A DNA stretch of 64,000 nucleotides, from NCBI RefSeq assembly GCF_009914755.1, contig NC_060935.1, one strand, 5' to 3'. How positions within the stretch are numbered: position 1 is the first letter of the stretch; every line of letters begins with the position of its first letter. The stretch is from the human T2T-CHM13v2.0 reference genome, Homo sapiens. Below are positions 15,733 through 29,821 of the stretch, in pieces. Under the pieces are notes generated by a model, which saw only the letters and a list, made by a program, of their open reading frames with translations, did not search any database and was not told the origin of the DNA. Made by a program: the position numbers and the translations under genes.

Positions 15733-18219
15733 TACCATGATTTTTGATGTTATTTTGGTCATTGGCCCAAGAAATTCCTGAATCTGCCTTTGTCTAGCCA
15801 CCCCTTCACACCGTGACTTCCCAGGAAGTAATAGTCACACAGAGCTCAAAGATAAAGGGAATTCTTAAAAAGACAAGGACAAAAGGTAATCAGAGTATCT
15901 CTTTATGACTGGGAGATCTTGTACCTGAGTCACAAAAGTCACTCTGACTAAAGGGAATGGCACACAGGCACAAGGCGAGGAAATAGGAGGGGGAGGGAAT
16001 GAGCCTGAGGACAATTACTCACAATGCAGATACAGTCATTTGAACACCAAATGTGTAATTATGGTAACATCAAGCCACTGAGGCATAATTCTTTCTCCAA
16101 AAATTATACCAGCAATGGCTTTTGATGATTACCAAAGGAATTAGCATTTCAAGATTGATGTGTGAGTTGAAGTGGGTTTCTGAGCACCTGCCAAAGCAGG
16201 CAAGAAAAGAACCACTTACTGCCAAGACTTGCTTCCTGTGCTTCAGTCATATCTTATGACTGGGTTGGCTTTTGAACTAATATTCAAGTGAGTTTAATTC
16301 CCAGCAACAGTACATATAAGGTGTGCAGACAAAAACTTGGAATGCTAATATAGAAAATCCGATACAGATCTTAACAGAGTATATGAAAAAAGCAAAGTTC
16401 ATGTACAGAGCAGATGGTGGCTAAATGTCAACACAGACTTGTGAGTGGATGTAGATGGTGTACAGAAATTTGAGACAACCCCAATTCTCCGGAATATGGT
16501 GAAAAATTTAGTATAATGTAGAAAAGGCTTCTGAATGGCAGAAAGGGTCTTCACTGAGTTTATTCACTTTGCAACGCAGAGGAGACCCTTAAGGCCTTAC
16601 TAAGAGCCAATTTATCTGTAATTTAGAGACACATTTCAGTTAAGTGATAATCATATTCCCAAGCCACAGCATCTAAGAGGAAATGAAAGGCTGAAGTGGA
16701 GAGAAGCTGTTATAAGAAGACATAAAAATTATAGTAAACAATAAAATCACGTAAGTATTCCAAAAATCTGGTAGAATAATTTAAAATGTTAGAAGCCTAG
16801 GTCTATTCACTGAAGTGCTAAAAGTTGTATGTAATTCTTGGCTAGGAGTAATTTGAATAATCACTGTATAGACGTTGGGTCATAATGAAGTAAAATATAC
16901 CCACGTATATTTGTATGTTACAGCTTAATCACACATACAAACACATACAGATAGAAAGAAAGAGAAAGAAATATGCATCCAACCACAAAGACCCAACTTG
17001 AAAATAAAACTGCAATATTAAATATTGCAGACATATATATAAATTTACCAACAGGAATTTTTGAAAACATAAATATTGCCTAAAACTTTTTCACTAAAAA
17101 TGTTTCCAGTATGATAGCTTTCAAAATCTGTAATAAATTCCTCCTATCTTCTCTTCTCTAAGATAGATATAGTGCTTCTCTCATAATTCTCCTTCTGTAT
17201 TACTTTAAATGATATTATCATATATTGAGTAGTTATAATGTATTGGGTACAATATCATCTTACTTACATTTCTTCTCTTATATCTCAGAAGAACTCCGCA
17301 AAGTAGAAATTATTGAGCTTGTATTTTATGATCTCTAATATGAGGTGAGAAAATTCCTTCATGTCTTTACTGAGAGCTAATTTAACATCATAATATAGCG
17401 GAAAGGGTAGGTAGTTTGTAATAAAATCTGGTTTGAGTTTATTTGATACTTCTTGGCTTTGTAATCTTAACCACTTGCAAAAGAGGACGTACAAAATAAT
17501 AATAACCTATACAGTGATCAAAATTAAAGTATGTTTTATGGTCAAATGAACAACACAAAGGTATTATATTTATTTAATAAATATTCTGCTTGACTTCGAA
17601 AAGAATCTCAGATAGGAGAATATGCTAAAGATGAGATAAAAAGGATGGATAAAATAAAGGAAGAAGGAAAATATATAAAGAAGAAAAAAGGTAGCATGAA
17701 GGGAAAGAAAAAGAATAAAAATAAAGACAAGCAGCATAAGGAGGAATGGAGGTTAAACTATTGCCACATGTGAGAAGGCACAAAGTCCCTTTTCCTTAAT
17801 TAACTCTATATTCCATTTCTGACATTCCCTAAGCAGGGAGGATATTTACTCATAGATCTTGATCCTTTCTATTGTATGATTATAGAGAGTCCCCTCAATA
17901 ATCAATGTGTAGGAAAACTAAAAGCAGCTGAAGTAAAAAATAAAGGGAGAAAGATATGAAAATAGCTGGAACTGCTGAGTATTCCGAACATTTTTATGGA
18001 AATTGAGGGTGAGAGATTTAGATATAAGCAGGCCTTATAAGGCCTTCTGTAAGAGTAGCATCAGCAAGGGAGGTGGGGGACAAAGCGATTTTTTTAATGG
18101 GCTTAAAATTAGATTCCCTTAATGTGCTTTGAGAAAGAGGTAAATATAAGCATTTTAATTTTAACTGCAGGAATATCCTTTAATTTAATACCATATTTAA
18201 TGTGAGAATGTGAATATAA

Positions 18220-21200
18220 GGGAGATTGATGTCAGTGGGACGGCAGAATAGGAAGTCCCAGACAGTTTTTCCCTACATAGAGGCAATGATTCAACAATAC
18301 ATGAACCTATTCATTTGTGAAAAATCCAAAAACCATTTAAGAGGCTTCTGCAATCCAGATGAGCGCAGAACCAGCCACATCAAAGTCACTAGGAAAATTT
18401 ATTGCACTTGTTCACCACAGTCCTTCTCCCACCTTATCACAGTGGGACTCAGAGGAAAGTTCCAGCTCTCAAATTCTCCCTGGGGGAAGAAAAGAAAAGA
18501 CAGAAACATATGCCCATTTTTCAGAATTTTGGGGTACCTGCCAAAGAAACTGCATCTCAGCAGTTTCTTTCTTACCTGCGTCTAAGCACTGACAGAAAAG
18601 GGCACCAGCTTGGGGATCATCAATAACAAAAGCAATAGTTTGAACTAATACTCTCTTCCTCACCATAGTTCCTGCCACTAGCCCAGCATGGAAAGAATGA
18701 GAGAAGCCTCCCAACTCCCAGATGCTTTCATGGAAGATAAATAATGGAAGTGTGGGTCCTACATTCTAGCTTTTTGAGGGGCTGCACTAGAAACTGGATT
18801 CTTCTTCTCTTGTTTTGGAGTGCGTGCAAGACCCAGCATTCTCTAGATGGCTGGGGGCTGCTAAGAACAGAAAGAGTTGAGTGGCTCGTGGCTGCTGCAG
18901 AGGACACATGGCACAGCAGGTAGAGAACAAAACAGCTTGGTTGTCTCTCCCTCATGGGGGTAAGAGAAGAGTAAAGTGTGTGTTCAATATTTTGGCTTTT
19001 CAGGGAGGTGCTGAGGAGCTCATTTCTTTCTAACAGGCCTTGAAGCACTAATGAAGCTTGGCAAATTCTAGAAGCCTAGGAGTCAGTGAAGGCAAAAGGG
19101 ATATAGGTCACTTATTGTAGCGCTAGAGAAGTTAGAGTACTGCAGACAGATACCAAAAGGAGCAAGAGATTACCAGCTCCTGAATGAAGAAACCAGCTAA
19201 TCTCTCAAACTGGAAATGTGCACACATAAGTTAAGACACAACACATCCACAAGAAAAGTTGAGAAGCCCTGAGAATATTTAGCCCAACTGAATGGTACAA
19301 GTCATCCCCTGTACAAAGCTAATTTATAAACACTAGGAGAGATTTTTTTTCAAATGAATGATAACAACATAAAATTACAAGGCACACAAAGAAATAAAGA
19401 AACATGGCCCCATCAAGAAAAACAATTCCCAGAAAATGACCCTAAAAAAAAGAGGTATGTAAAGTACATGACAATTCAAAATAACCATCATAAGGATGCT
19501 TAATGAGCTGGCAAAAATTATATATGAAGAAGAATATCAACAAAGAGCTAGAAAATATAAGAAAAAAATAAAATTTTGGAGGTGAGGAATACAATCACTG
19601 AAACGAAAAACTTATTTGTGGGGGTCCTATAAGAGAAGAGGGAATGAAAGGAGGAGAAAGCTATTTTGAAAAATTAATGGCTGAAAACTTCTCAAAGATG
19701 AGAAAGAAAATAAACATCCAGATTCATAAAGTGCAATAGATTCCAACTAACATTGAACCAAATAAATGAACACAGAGACACGTTATAACAAAAAGTTAAT
19801 AGTCAAAGATAATGAGAGAATTTTAAAAGCAGCAAGTGGAAATTGACTTATCAAATACAAGGGACTCATCATAAGACTATTAGTGAATTTCTCATCAGAA
19901 ACTTTACAGGCAAGAAAGAAGTGGAATTATATATTTAAAGTACTGAAATAAGAATACAACAAAGCAAGAGTAATGTATCTGGCAAATCATCCTTCAAAAA
20001 TGAAGGCGAAATACGATTTTCCCATGTAAACAAAAGCTGAGGGAGTTTATCACCACTAGACCTGCTTTACAATAAATGCTAAAGAATGTTCTTTAAATCG
20101 AAATTGGTACAGGATGGGGGAAGGGAAGTCCTGGGTAGAAAACATTGGGGTCCCTGGTGAGGGCTTCACCTTCCGGCCTCTGCCCACAGACCTAAGTGAG
20201 AATAGGCACTCCTGTTTTCATGCTCAAATGTTGCATTTTTCAAGACAACTTTGGTCTGCTATGTCCCCCATCCTGTGCCTATAAAAAACCTGTGACCATA
20301 GTGGGCACAGACACAAGTGGCTGGACATCAAGAGGAACATATCAGCAGAAGAACACACTGATAGATGCTGGCAGGTCATCAAAGGCAGAATGACGCAGAT
20401 GGTGAGGGAAATTTGGTTGAGGGCCATCAGAGAAGAGCTTGGCTGCTGAGCAGCCGGACTCCAGGGAAAGATCACCTTCCCACTCCATCTCCCTTTTGGC
20501 TCCCATCCATCTGCTGAGAGCTACTTCCACCACTTGCACTCATTCTCCAAGCCCACGTGTGATCCAATTTTTCCAGTACCCTAGGACAAAAACCTTGGGA
20601 TGCAGAAAGCCCTCTCTCCTTGTGATGAGGCAGAATGTCTAATTGAGCTGATTAACACAAGCCACCTGCCGATTGCTAAGCCAAAGGAGCACACGTAACA
20701 CACACCCGCTGGGGCTTTGGGAGCTGTAAACACTCATCCCTAGACCCTGCAGTGGGGTTGGTGCCCACGGTCCCCAAGACTTGTCTGCCTACATGCTCCC
20801 TCTAGGGGTGTGATCTGTGGGGCACCAAAGAAGCAAGCCACTTCTCCTGTTGCATGCCCTGCGAGGGGGATAAGGGAAAACCTTTCCCATTTCAAAGTGA
20901 AAGTACTCTGGTCAGCAACACATAAGCATATGAAACTATATAGCTTTCTTATAATTTAAATATATAGAAGAATACAGAATACTAATACTGCAATGAAGGT
21001 GTAAAAATAACTTTTAATTTGGGTATAGGAGTTAAAAAATAAAAGAATACACATTAATTCTAACTATAAAATACGTTAATAAATAACTATATTCAAAGCT
21101 GTAATTCGTGACATTAATAAATTGTGGGGGGAAAGTAAAAGTGTAGAGTGCTTTTATGTAATTGAAATTCAGTTGTCATCAGCCTAAAATATATTGTCAT

Positions 21201-24200
21201 TACTATAAGATCTTTTATCTAAGCCCTATAATAACCAAAAAGAAAATAGCTATAGAAGACACAAAAAAGAAAATGAGAAATGAATCAAAGCCTGTCACTA
21301 CAAAAAAGAAATTCAACAAATTACAAAGGAAGACAGCAAAAGAAAAAGGAGAGACAAAAAGCTACAAAATATACAGAAAACAATTGAGAAAATAACAATA
21401 GAAAGCCCTTCCCTATCAGTAATTATTTTAAATCTAAATTAATTACCTTTCCAATCAAACAACATAGAGTGGCTAATTGATTAACAAAAATAAAAGAAAA
21501 ATGAAAAGTAAAGGAAAAAATAAGTTCCAACTACATGCTAACTACATTCTCTCTACAAGAGACTCACTTTAAATTTAGTAACATAGGTAGACTGAAAGTG
21601 AAGCAATGAAAAAGATATTCCATGCAAATGGTAACCAAAAAAATCATGGGTAGCCATAGCTACATCAAAGAAAAGAGACTTTAAATCCAAAATGACACAA
21701 GAGACAGAGAAGGACATTGTATATTATAAAAGGACCAGTTCATTAGAAGATAACAATTATACATGTATATACTATCAACATCAACACTCCAAAATATATG
21801 AAGGAATCATTGACGGAACTGACAGGAGAAACAGAGAGCAACACAATCATAGTAGGAGACTTCAATATCCCGCTTTCAGTAATTGATAGAACATCCAGAG
21901 AGATTAATAGGAAACAAAATTCGAACAACACTGTAGATGAATGGAACTAGTAGACATATACAAAACATTCCACCCAACGGTAGCAGAATACACATTCTTC
22001 TCAAGGGCACATAGAATATTCTTCAGGATACGTCATATGTTAGCTCACAAAAAAGTCTTAATAAATTTAAGAAGATTGAAATCATACCAAGTATATTATA
22101 TGATTACAAGGGAATAAAAGTAGAAATCAACAACAGAAGGAAAATGGGAAAATCTACAAATAATGGAAATTAAGCAATGAACTCCTAAATAAGCAATGGG
22201 TCAAAGAAGAAATAAAAATGGAAAATAAAAGACTTTGAGACAAATAGAAACCTAATATACCAAAACTTATCGGATACAACCAAAACAGTACCTAAAGGGA
22301 AGTGTGACAATGTCTACATTTAAAAAAGAAGAAATATCTCAAATAAACAACAATTTTGTACCTCAACACACTAGGAAAGAAGAACAATTTAAGTTTAAAG
22401 TTAAAAGAAGGAAAAACAAAATAAAGGTTAGAGCAGAAATATTTACAAGTAGAGCATAGAAAAACAATAGAAAAAAACCAACAAAAATATGACTTAGTTT
22501 TTTGAAAAGATCAACAGGATTAACAAATCTTTAAACTAGGAAAAAAGAGAGAAGACTTAGTAAATAAAATCAGAAAATAAAGAGGACACATTACAACTGA
22601 CATCACAGAAATATAAAGATTATAAGAGTTTACTATGAATAATTATATGCCAAGAAACTGAGTAACCTAGAAGAAATTAATAGATTCCTAGAAACATAAA
22701 ACTTAGCAAGACTAAAGCATGAAGAAACAGAAAAATCTTAACGGAAGGACGAGTTAGAAGACTGATTTAGTAATGAAAACCTCCTAACAGAGAAAAGTCC
22801 AGAACCAGATAGCTTCACTGGTGAATTCTACCAAACATTTAAAAAATAATTAATGCCAACCCTCCTTAAATTCGTCCAAAAAATCGAAAAAGAGGCAACA
22901 GTTCCAAACTTATTTTATGAGGCCAGCATTACCAAAGTCAGACAAAGACACCTCAAGAAAAAACTATAGCCAAACATCCCTGATGAATCTATGAGAAAAA
23001 ATCCCCCCAAAATACTAGCAAACCAAATTCAATAGCATATTAAAATGATCACTCACCCTGACCAAGTGGGAGTTTTCTCCTGGAGTACCAAGATAGTTCA
23101 ATATATGAACATCAACCAATGTGGTATACCATATGAACTAAACGAAAGATAAAAATCATATGAAAATCTAAATAGAGTTGACAAAATTAAACAACTTTTT
23201 ACAATAAAAACACTCAACACACTAGGAATAGAATAATATTACCTCAAAATAAAAAGGCCATACATGAAAAGCCCACAGCTAACCTCATACTCAATAGTAT
23301 GAGGTGAAAGAAGGAAAGCTTTTCCTCTGAGATTACAAACAAGGCAAGTATGCCCACTCTCACCACATCTATTAAACATAGTCCTGGGAGTTCTAGCTAG
23401 AGTAATTAGGAAAGAAAAAGTAACAAAAAGCGTTCAAATAAAAAAAAAGATCTAAAATTATCCTTATTCACAAACACATAATTTTATATGTAGAAAACAC
23501 TAAAGATTTCACAAGACAACTATTAGAACTAAATAAGGCAATTCAGCAAGGTTGCAGGATACAAGCTCAACATATAAAAATCGGTTGCTTTTCTATACAC
23601 TAAAATAAACAATTTAAAAAGCAAATTAAGGAAACAGTCCCATTTATAATAGCATTAAAAATAACAAAATGCTTAGCATTGAAATTTACCAAGTAGATAA
23701 AAGACTTGTACACTGAAATATATAAAATATTACTGAAAGGAATTAAAGAAGACATAAATAAATGGAAAGACATACTGTGTCAATGGACTGAAAGATTCAA
23801 TACTGTTTAAATGTCAATACTACCCAGAGATATCTACAGATTCAATGCAATTATTATCAAAATACCAATGATTGTTTCTGCAGAAATGGAAAAGAAATAA
23901 TCTTAAAATTTATATGGAACCACAAAGGATCCCAAATAGCCAAAACAATCTTGAAAAGAAGGTTGAAAATGGAAGCCTCACACTTCCTGACTTCAAAACA
24001 TATTACAAAGGTATGGTAATTAAAATAGTATGAAACTGGCATAAAGACAGACATATACCGATGAAACAGAATAAAGATTCCTGAGAAACCCATGCATATA
24101 CAGTTAAATGATCTTTGACCTGAGTACCAAGACTACACAATGGGGAAAGGATTGTCCCTTCAACCAATGGTGTTGGAAATACTGAATATCCACAAAAGAG

Positions 24201-25440
24201 TGAAAATGGACCCCTGACTTACACCATACATAAAAATTAACTCAAATGCATTAAACACTTAAATGTAAGCCCTGAAGCTATAAAACTCTCATTAGAAAAT
24301 GTAGGGGAAAAGCTTCTTAGCATTGGCTTTGACAATACTGTTTTGGATACAACACCAAAAGCAAAGACATCAAAAGCAAAACTAGAAAAATGAGACTATA
24401 TCAAACTAATCGCTTCTGCACAGCAAAGAAATAATCAACAGAGAAAAGGACAACATATAATATTGGAGATAATATTTGCAAACCACATATCTGAAAAGGG
24501 GTTAATATTAAAGATACGTAAGAAACTCTTACAATTCAATAGCAAGAAAATAAATAACTCAATTTAAAAGATGTGCAAAGGGCTTGGATAGACCTTTCTC
24601 AAAAAAAGACATACAAATGGCCAACTGGTGTGTGAATAGATGCTCGACATCATTAATCATCAGAAACATGAAAATCAAAACCATAAGGAAATATCACTTT
24701 GTAGCTGTTAGAATAGCCATTATCAAAATAACAACAACAAAAAACAACAAAAAATAAGAAGTATTGATGAGAATGTGGAGAAATTGGAACTCTTTTACGT
24801 TAGGGGAGAATGTAAAAATAGTGCAGCCACTATCTATCTGTCTGAAACAGTCTGGGTCTTCCTCAAAATACTAAAAATAAAACGACCATATGACCCCAAA
24901 ATCCCATTTCTGAGTATTTCTAAAAAATATTTGAAATCAGGATCTCAAAATGATATTTGCACTTCCATGTTTCTTATAACATTATTCATAATACCCAAGA
25001 GGTGGAAAGAGTTTACATGTCCACTAACACATGAGTAGATAAAGAAAATGTGGTATATACATGCAATATAATATTATTAAGCCTTAAAAAGAAGAAAATC
25101 TTATCAGCTGCTACTACATTGATGAACCTTGAAGACATTACGCAAATTGAAATAAGCCAGTCACAGAAGGACAAATACCACAAGACCACGTATTTGGGGT
25201 ATGTAAAGAAAGTAAATTCATAGAAGCAGAAAGTACAATAGTGGCTGCCAGGAGCTGGGGATAAAGAGGTAATGAGGAGGTATTGTTCAATGGGTACAGA
25301 ATTTCAGTCAAGCAAAATGAAAGAGTTCTAAAGATCTGCTGTATAACAATGTGCATATAGTTAGCAAAAGTGTACTGTACATTTAAACAGTTAAGAGAGC
25401 AGATTTTATGCTATATGTTTTTACCATCATTTCAAAAAGA
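18220..25440 (+). mobile_element. Near-full-length old L1 (L1MA10/L1MB-like), ORFs decayed, split by an LTR at 20105-20894
   Basis: GC-richer 5'UTR and ORF1 remnants (~19400-20100). ORF2 remnants run from ~21390, with GDFN gtaggagacttcaat at ~21852 and a decayed FADD at ~23467. L1MB-type 3'UTR ends at ~25440. Confidence 0.9.
20105..20894 (+). mobile_element. ERV1 solo LTR, LTR1 (HUERS-P2)-like
   Basis: TG...CA termini, 790 bp, 4-bp TSD AAAT/AAGT, ctataaaa box, 3' end ggggataagggaaaacctttcccatttca. Confidence 0.8.
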
Positions 25441-25667
25441 ACATTAATTGAAATATGCACTTCAAAATATAATGTAATATTTGCATAAAAATATGGTAAA
25501 TACAAGAAGTTGAAACATGAGTATTTTTTAAAGATTCGTGGTCTGCATACAGAACACTATCCATATGCACATACACATATTTTAGCCCTTTCATCACTTG
25601 GCTGATGTTTTAAAAAATATTTTCCAATCTGTCTTCTTAAAATATGCAAGCTGAAATAAACTTAATA

Positions 25668-28015
25668 CAGGCATACCTCAGAGATATTACAAGTTTGGTA
25701 CCAAGCTTGAGCATTAAAGCAAATATAGCAATAAAGAGAATCACACAATTTTGTTTTGGTTTCTCAGTGCATATAAAAGTTATATTTAGACTATATAGTA
25801 GTGTTTTAAGTGTCCACTGACATTATGCATTAAAAAATAATGTGCATACCTTGGTGAAAAAAATACTTTATAGCTTAAAAATGCTAACAAGCATCTGAGT
25901 CTCCAGCAATTGTAATCTTTTTGCTGGTGGAGGGTCTTGCCTCAATATTGATGCTTGCTGACTAATCAGGATTGTGGTGGCTGAAGGTTGGGATGGCTGT
26001 GCCTGTTTCTCAAAATAGGAAAACAAAGAAGTTTGGCACATCAATTGACTCTTTCTTTCATGAAACAGTTCTCTGTAGCATGGGATGTTGTTTGATAATA
26101 CTTTGCCCACAGAACTTATGTGACTATTGGAGTTACTTCTCTCAAACCTTGCCTATGCTTTGTCAACTAAGTTTACATAATATTCTAAATATTTTGTTGT
26201 CATTTCGACAATGTTCACAGTATTTTGACCAGGAATATATTCTATCTCAAGAAACCACTTTCTTTGCTTATCCATAAAATGTAACTCCTTATTCATTAAA
26301 ATTTTGTCATGAGATTGCAGCAACTCAGCCACCTCTTCAGGCCCCACTTCCAACTCTGGTTCTCCTGCTCTTTCCATCAAAACTGTAGTTACTTATTCTA
26401 CTGAAGTCTTGAAGCCCTCAAAGTCATCCATGAGAGCTGGAAACAACTTCTTCCAAATTCCCGTTAATGTTAATATTTTGGCCTCTTCCTACAAACATTA
26501 AACAATTATTTTAAATGCCATCTAGGATGGTGAATCCTTTCTACAAGATTTCCAATTTACTTTGCCAAGATCCATCAGAGAAATCACTATGGCAGCTACA
26601 GCCTTATGAAAGGTATGTCTTAAAATTACTTTTTGATTCATGGGGTGAAGAATGGGTGTTGTTTTAGCAGGCAAAAGAAATCATTAACATTCTTGTACAT
26701 CTCTGTAAGAGTCTTAGGTGACGAGGTGCATTGCTAATGAATGGTGATTTTTTGAAATAAATCTTTTTTTCTGATCAGTAGGTCTCAACAGTGAGCTTAA
26801 AATATATAGTAAACCATGCTGTAAGCAGAAGTGCTGTCATCCAGATTTTGTTGTCTCATGTGTAGATCACAGGCAGAGTAGATTTAGCACAATTCTTCTG
26901 GGCTGTAGGAGTTTCAGACTGGTAAATGAACATTGGCTTCAACTTAAGTCACCAGCTATGTTAGCCCTTAACAAGACAGTCAGCCTGTCCCTTGAAGCTT
27001 TGAAGCCATGAAGTCAGGTATTGACTTCTCTCTAGCTATTAAAGTCCCAGATGGCATCTTCTTCCAGTAGAAAGCTGTTTTGTCTACATTGAAAATCTGT
27101 TGTTTGGTGTAGCCACTTTCATCAGTTGTTTTACCTAGATCATCTGGATAACCTGCCACAGCTTCTATATCAGCACTTGCTGCTTCACCTTGCATTCCTT
27201 TGTTATGAACGTGGCTTCTTTCCTTAAAGCTCATGAACCCACCTCTGCTAGCTTCAAACTTTTCTCCTGATGCTTCCTCACCTTTCTAATCATATAATTA
27301 AAGAGAGTGGGTGTTGAATGTTGTGGCTGGTTTGATCTCCTGTCCAGGCCACTAGAACTTTCTCCATATCAGCAATAAAGCTGTTTTGCTTTCTTATCAT
27401 TTGTGTGTTCATTGAAGTAGTACTTGTAATTTTCTTCAACGACTTTTTTTTTTCTATTTATGATGTGGCTGTTTGGCACAAGAGGCTTGGCTTTTGGCCT
27501 AATTCAGCTTTTGACTTGCCTTCTTCACTGAGCTTAATCATTTCCAGTTTCTGACTTAAGGTGAGAGCCATGTGAGTCTTCCCTTCATTTGAACACTTAG
27601 AGGTCACTGTAGGGTTATTAACTATCTTAATTTTAATATGGTTGTAGTTCAGGGAATAAGGAGGCCCAAGAAGGAGAAGACAGATGGGAGAATGGATCAT
27701 CAGTGGGTCAGATGGAACACACACAACATTTGTCAATTAAGTTTACCATTTTGTATGAGTACTGCTTATGGAGTCCCCAGAACAATTACAATAGCAACAT
27801 CTAAGATAAGTGATCAGAGATCAGCATAACAGATTTAATAATAATGAAAAAGTGTAACTAAAACGTAACACAGGAACACAAAGTGAGCACGTGCTGTTGG
27901 ATAAGTGGTGCCAATAGACTTGCCTTATGCAGGGTTACCACAGACCTTCAATTTGTAAAAATTGCAAAATATCCAAAGAAAAATAACACAAAGCATAACA
28001 AAATGAACTATATTA
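25668..28015 (-). mobile_element. Tigger1 (TcMar-Tigger) near-full-length DNA transposon with decayed transposase
   Basis: TA + CAGGCATACCTC TIR at 25666-25679. Minus ORF pieces encode the HTH start ([23 protein letters not shown]), the DDE segment ([17 protein letters not shown]) and the C-terminus ([16 protein letters not shown]). The right TIR is degenerate. Confidence 0.95.
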
Positions 28016-28109
28016 TAGCTGATAATGTCTGATGAGTACGGAAAACCTTCTGGTTCTAGACCCTATAGTTCTGTTAATACTGTCTATGCAATCACTCGAT
28101 GCATTGATT

Positions 28110-28114
<5 letters not shown>

Positions 28115-28168
<54 letters not shown>

Positions 28169-28175
28169 TATGTAT
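28115..28175. repeat. (TA)n(CA)n microsatellite
   Basis: Direct reading. Confidence 0.95.
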
Positions 28176-28911
28176 ATTCACATAAACTCTCAGTAGATCA
28201 CTGCTTTTTCTTATTAAGAAGTCAGTGGCCCAGTACCTAGATAGCATTCCAGCAACCTGAACTCTATTTCCAATATCTTTACAAGATGAAGCTTATATGT
28301 GTTACTTCTGATGATTATCTTCATAAATATTTGGTCAGAAATGTGTCTCCATTTCTCTATTTGAAGCTATTTGCTTCATCACAGTCCTATCCATGCCAAT
28401 ATTTACTGGATGACCCTATTCTCTATTTGATTAAAATAAACAAACCCTAACAGACATTAGTCTTCCTTTCTCTGCTGAGTGAAGTGTTCTCACAGCATTA
28501 AATAAATGTACTAAGTTAGAAAGGTGAGGGCATTTTAATTTCTGTGATTGACAGAATCTATTAAAATTCGCTTTAATTGGTGGTTTTCAAAAATTACATT
28601 AAAAAGTGCAAGTAAACACCGGCTATGCAGGAAGAACTACATTCCCTCTTAACCTTAAAATTTGAAATTATCCATTTTCATGGCTTCTGGGGCATTTTGG
28701 ATATTTGTCAGGAAATGTTTTGTTTGTTACAGTGAATGTTGGGCACATAGGTGTTCAATCTGACACTCAAACTAATGAAGAAAATCTGCTCACGGTAATC
28801 TAAACCTGGAATTGAATTCTGTTTTACATATAGATTAAAATAGTTGTGCAAGTTTTAAATATGTGTGGACTTTTCAAGGAATGAAACTACAATATAAAGA
28901 AAGAGAATATC

Positions 28912-29821
28912 GGGATCCGGAATCTACAATGAACTCAAACAAATTTACAAGAAAAAAACAAACAACCCCATCAAAAAGTGGCTGAAGGATATGAACAGAC
29001 ACTTCTCAAAAGAAGACATTTATGCAGCCAAAAGACACATGAAAAAATGCTCATCATCACTGGCCATCAAAGAAATGCAAATCAAAACCACAATGAGATA
29101 CCATCTCACACCAGTTAGAATGGCGATCATTAAAAAGTCAGGAAACAACAGGTGCTGGAGAGGGTGTGGAGAAATAGGAACACTTTTACACTGTTGGTGG
29201 GACTGTAAACTAGTTCAACCATTGTGGAAGTCAGTGTGGTGATCCCTCAGGGATCTAGAACTAGAAACACCATTTGACCCAGCAAGCCTATTACTGGTTA
29301 TATACCCAAAGGACTATAAATCATGCTGCTATAAAGACACATGCACACATATGTTTATTGCGGCACTATTCACAATAGCAAAGACTTGGAACCAAGCCAA
29401 ATGTCCAACAATGATAGACTGGATTAAGAAAATGTGGCACATATACACCATGGAATACTATGCAGCCATTAAAAATGATGAGTTCATGTCCTTTGTAGGG
29501 ACATGGATGAAGCTGGAAACCATCATTCTCAGCAAACTATCGCAAGGACAAAAAACCAAACACTGCATGTTCTCACTCATAGGTGGGAATTGAACAATGA
29601 GAACACATGAACACAGGAAGGGGAACATCATAAACCAGGTCCTGTTGTGGGGAGAGGGGAGCGGGCAGTGATAGCATTAGGAGATATACCTAATGTTAAA
29701 TGACGAGTTAATGGGTGCAGCACACCAACATGGCACATGTATACATATGTAACAAACCTGCACATTGTGCACATGTACCATAAAACTTAAAGTATAAAAA
29801 AAAAACTGCCAAAAAAAAAAG
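28912..29821 (+). mobile_element. 5'-truncated L1PA (L1PA4/5-like) 3' end
   Basis: ORF2 C-terminus (...HCMFSLIGGN), 3'UTR and polyA; perfect 16-bp TSD AAAGAAAGAGAATATC at 28896-28911 and 29822-29837. Confidence 0.97.

Noticed and set aside
17010-17030. Palindrome CTGCAATATT-A-AATATTGCAG
   Set aside because: Short and AT-rich; compatible with chance and has no supporting context.
18030-18045. Perfect 16-bp palindrome AGGCCTTATAAGGCCT
   Set aside because: About one is expected per 64 kb.
25868-27736. Tigger1 transposase as a domesticated TIGD-like gene
   Set aside because: Broken into short pieces by stops and frameshifts.
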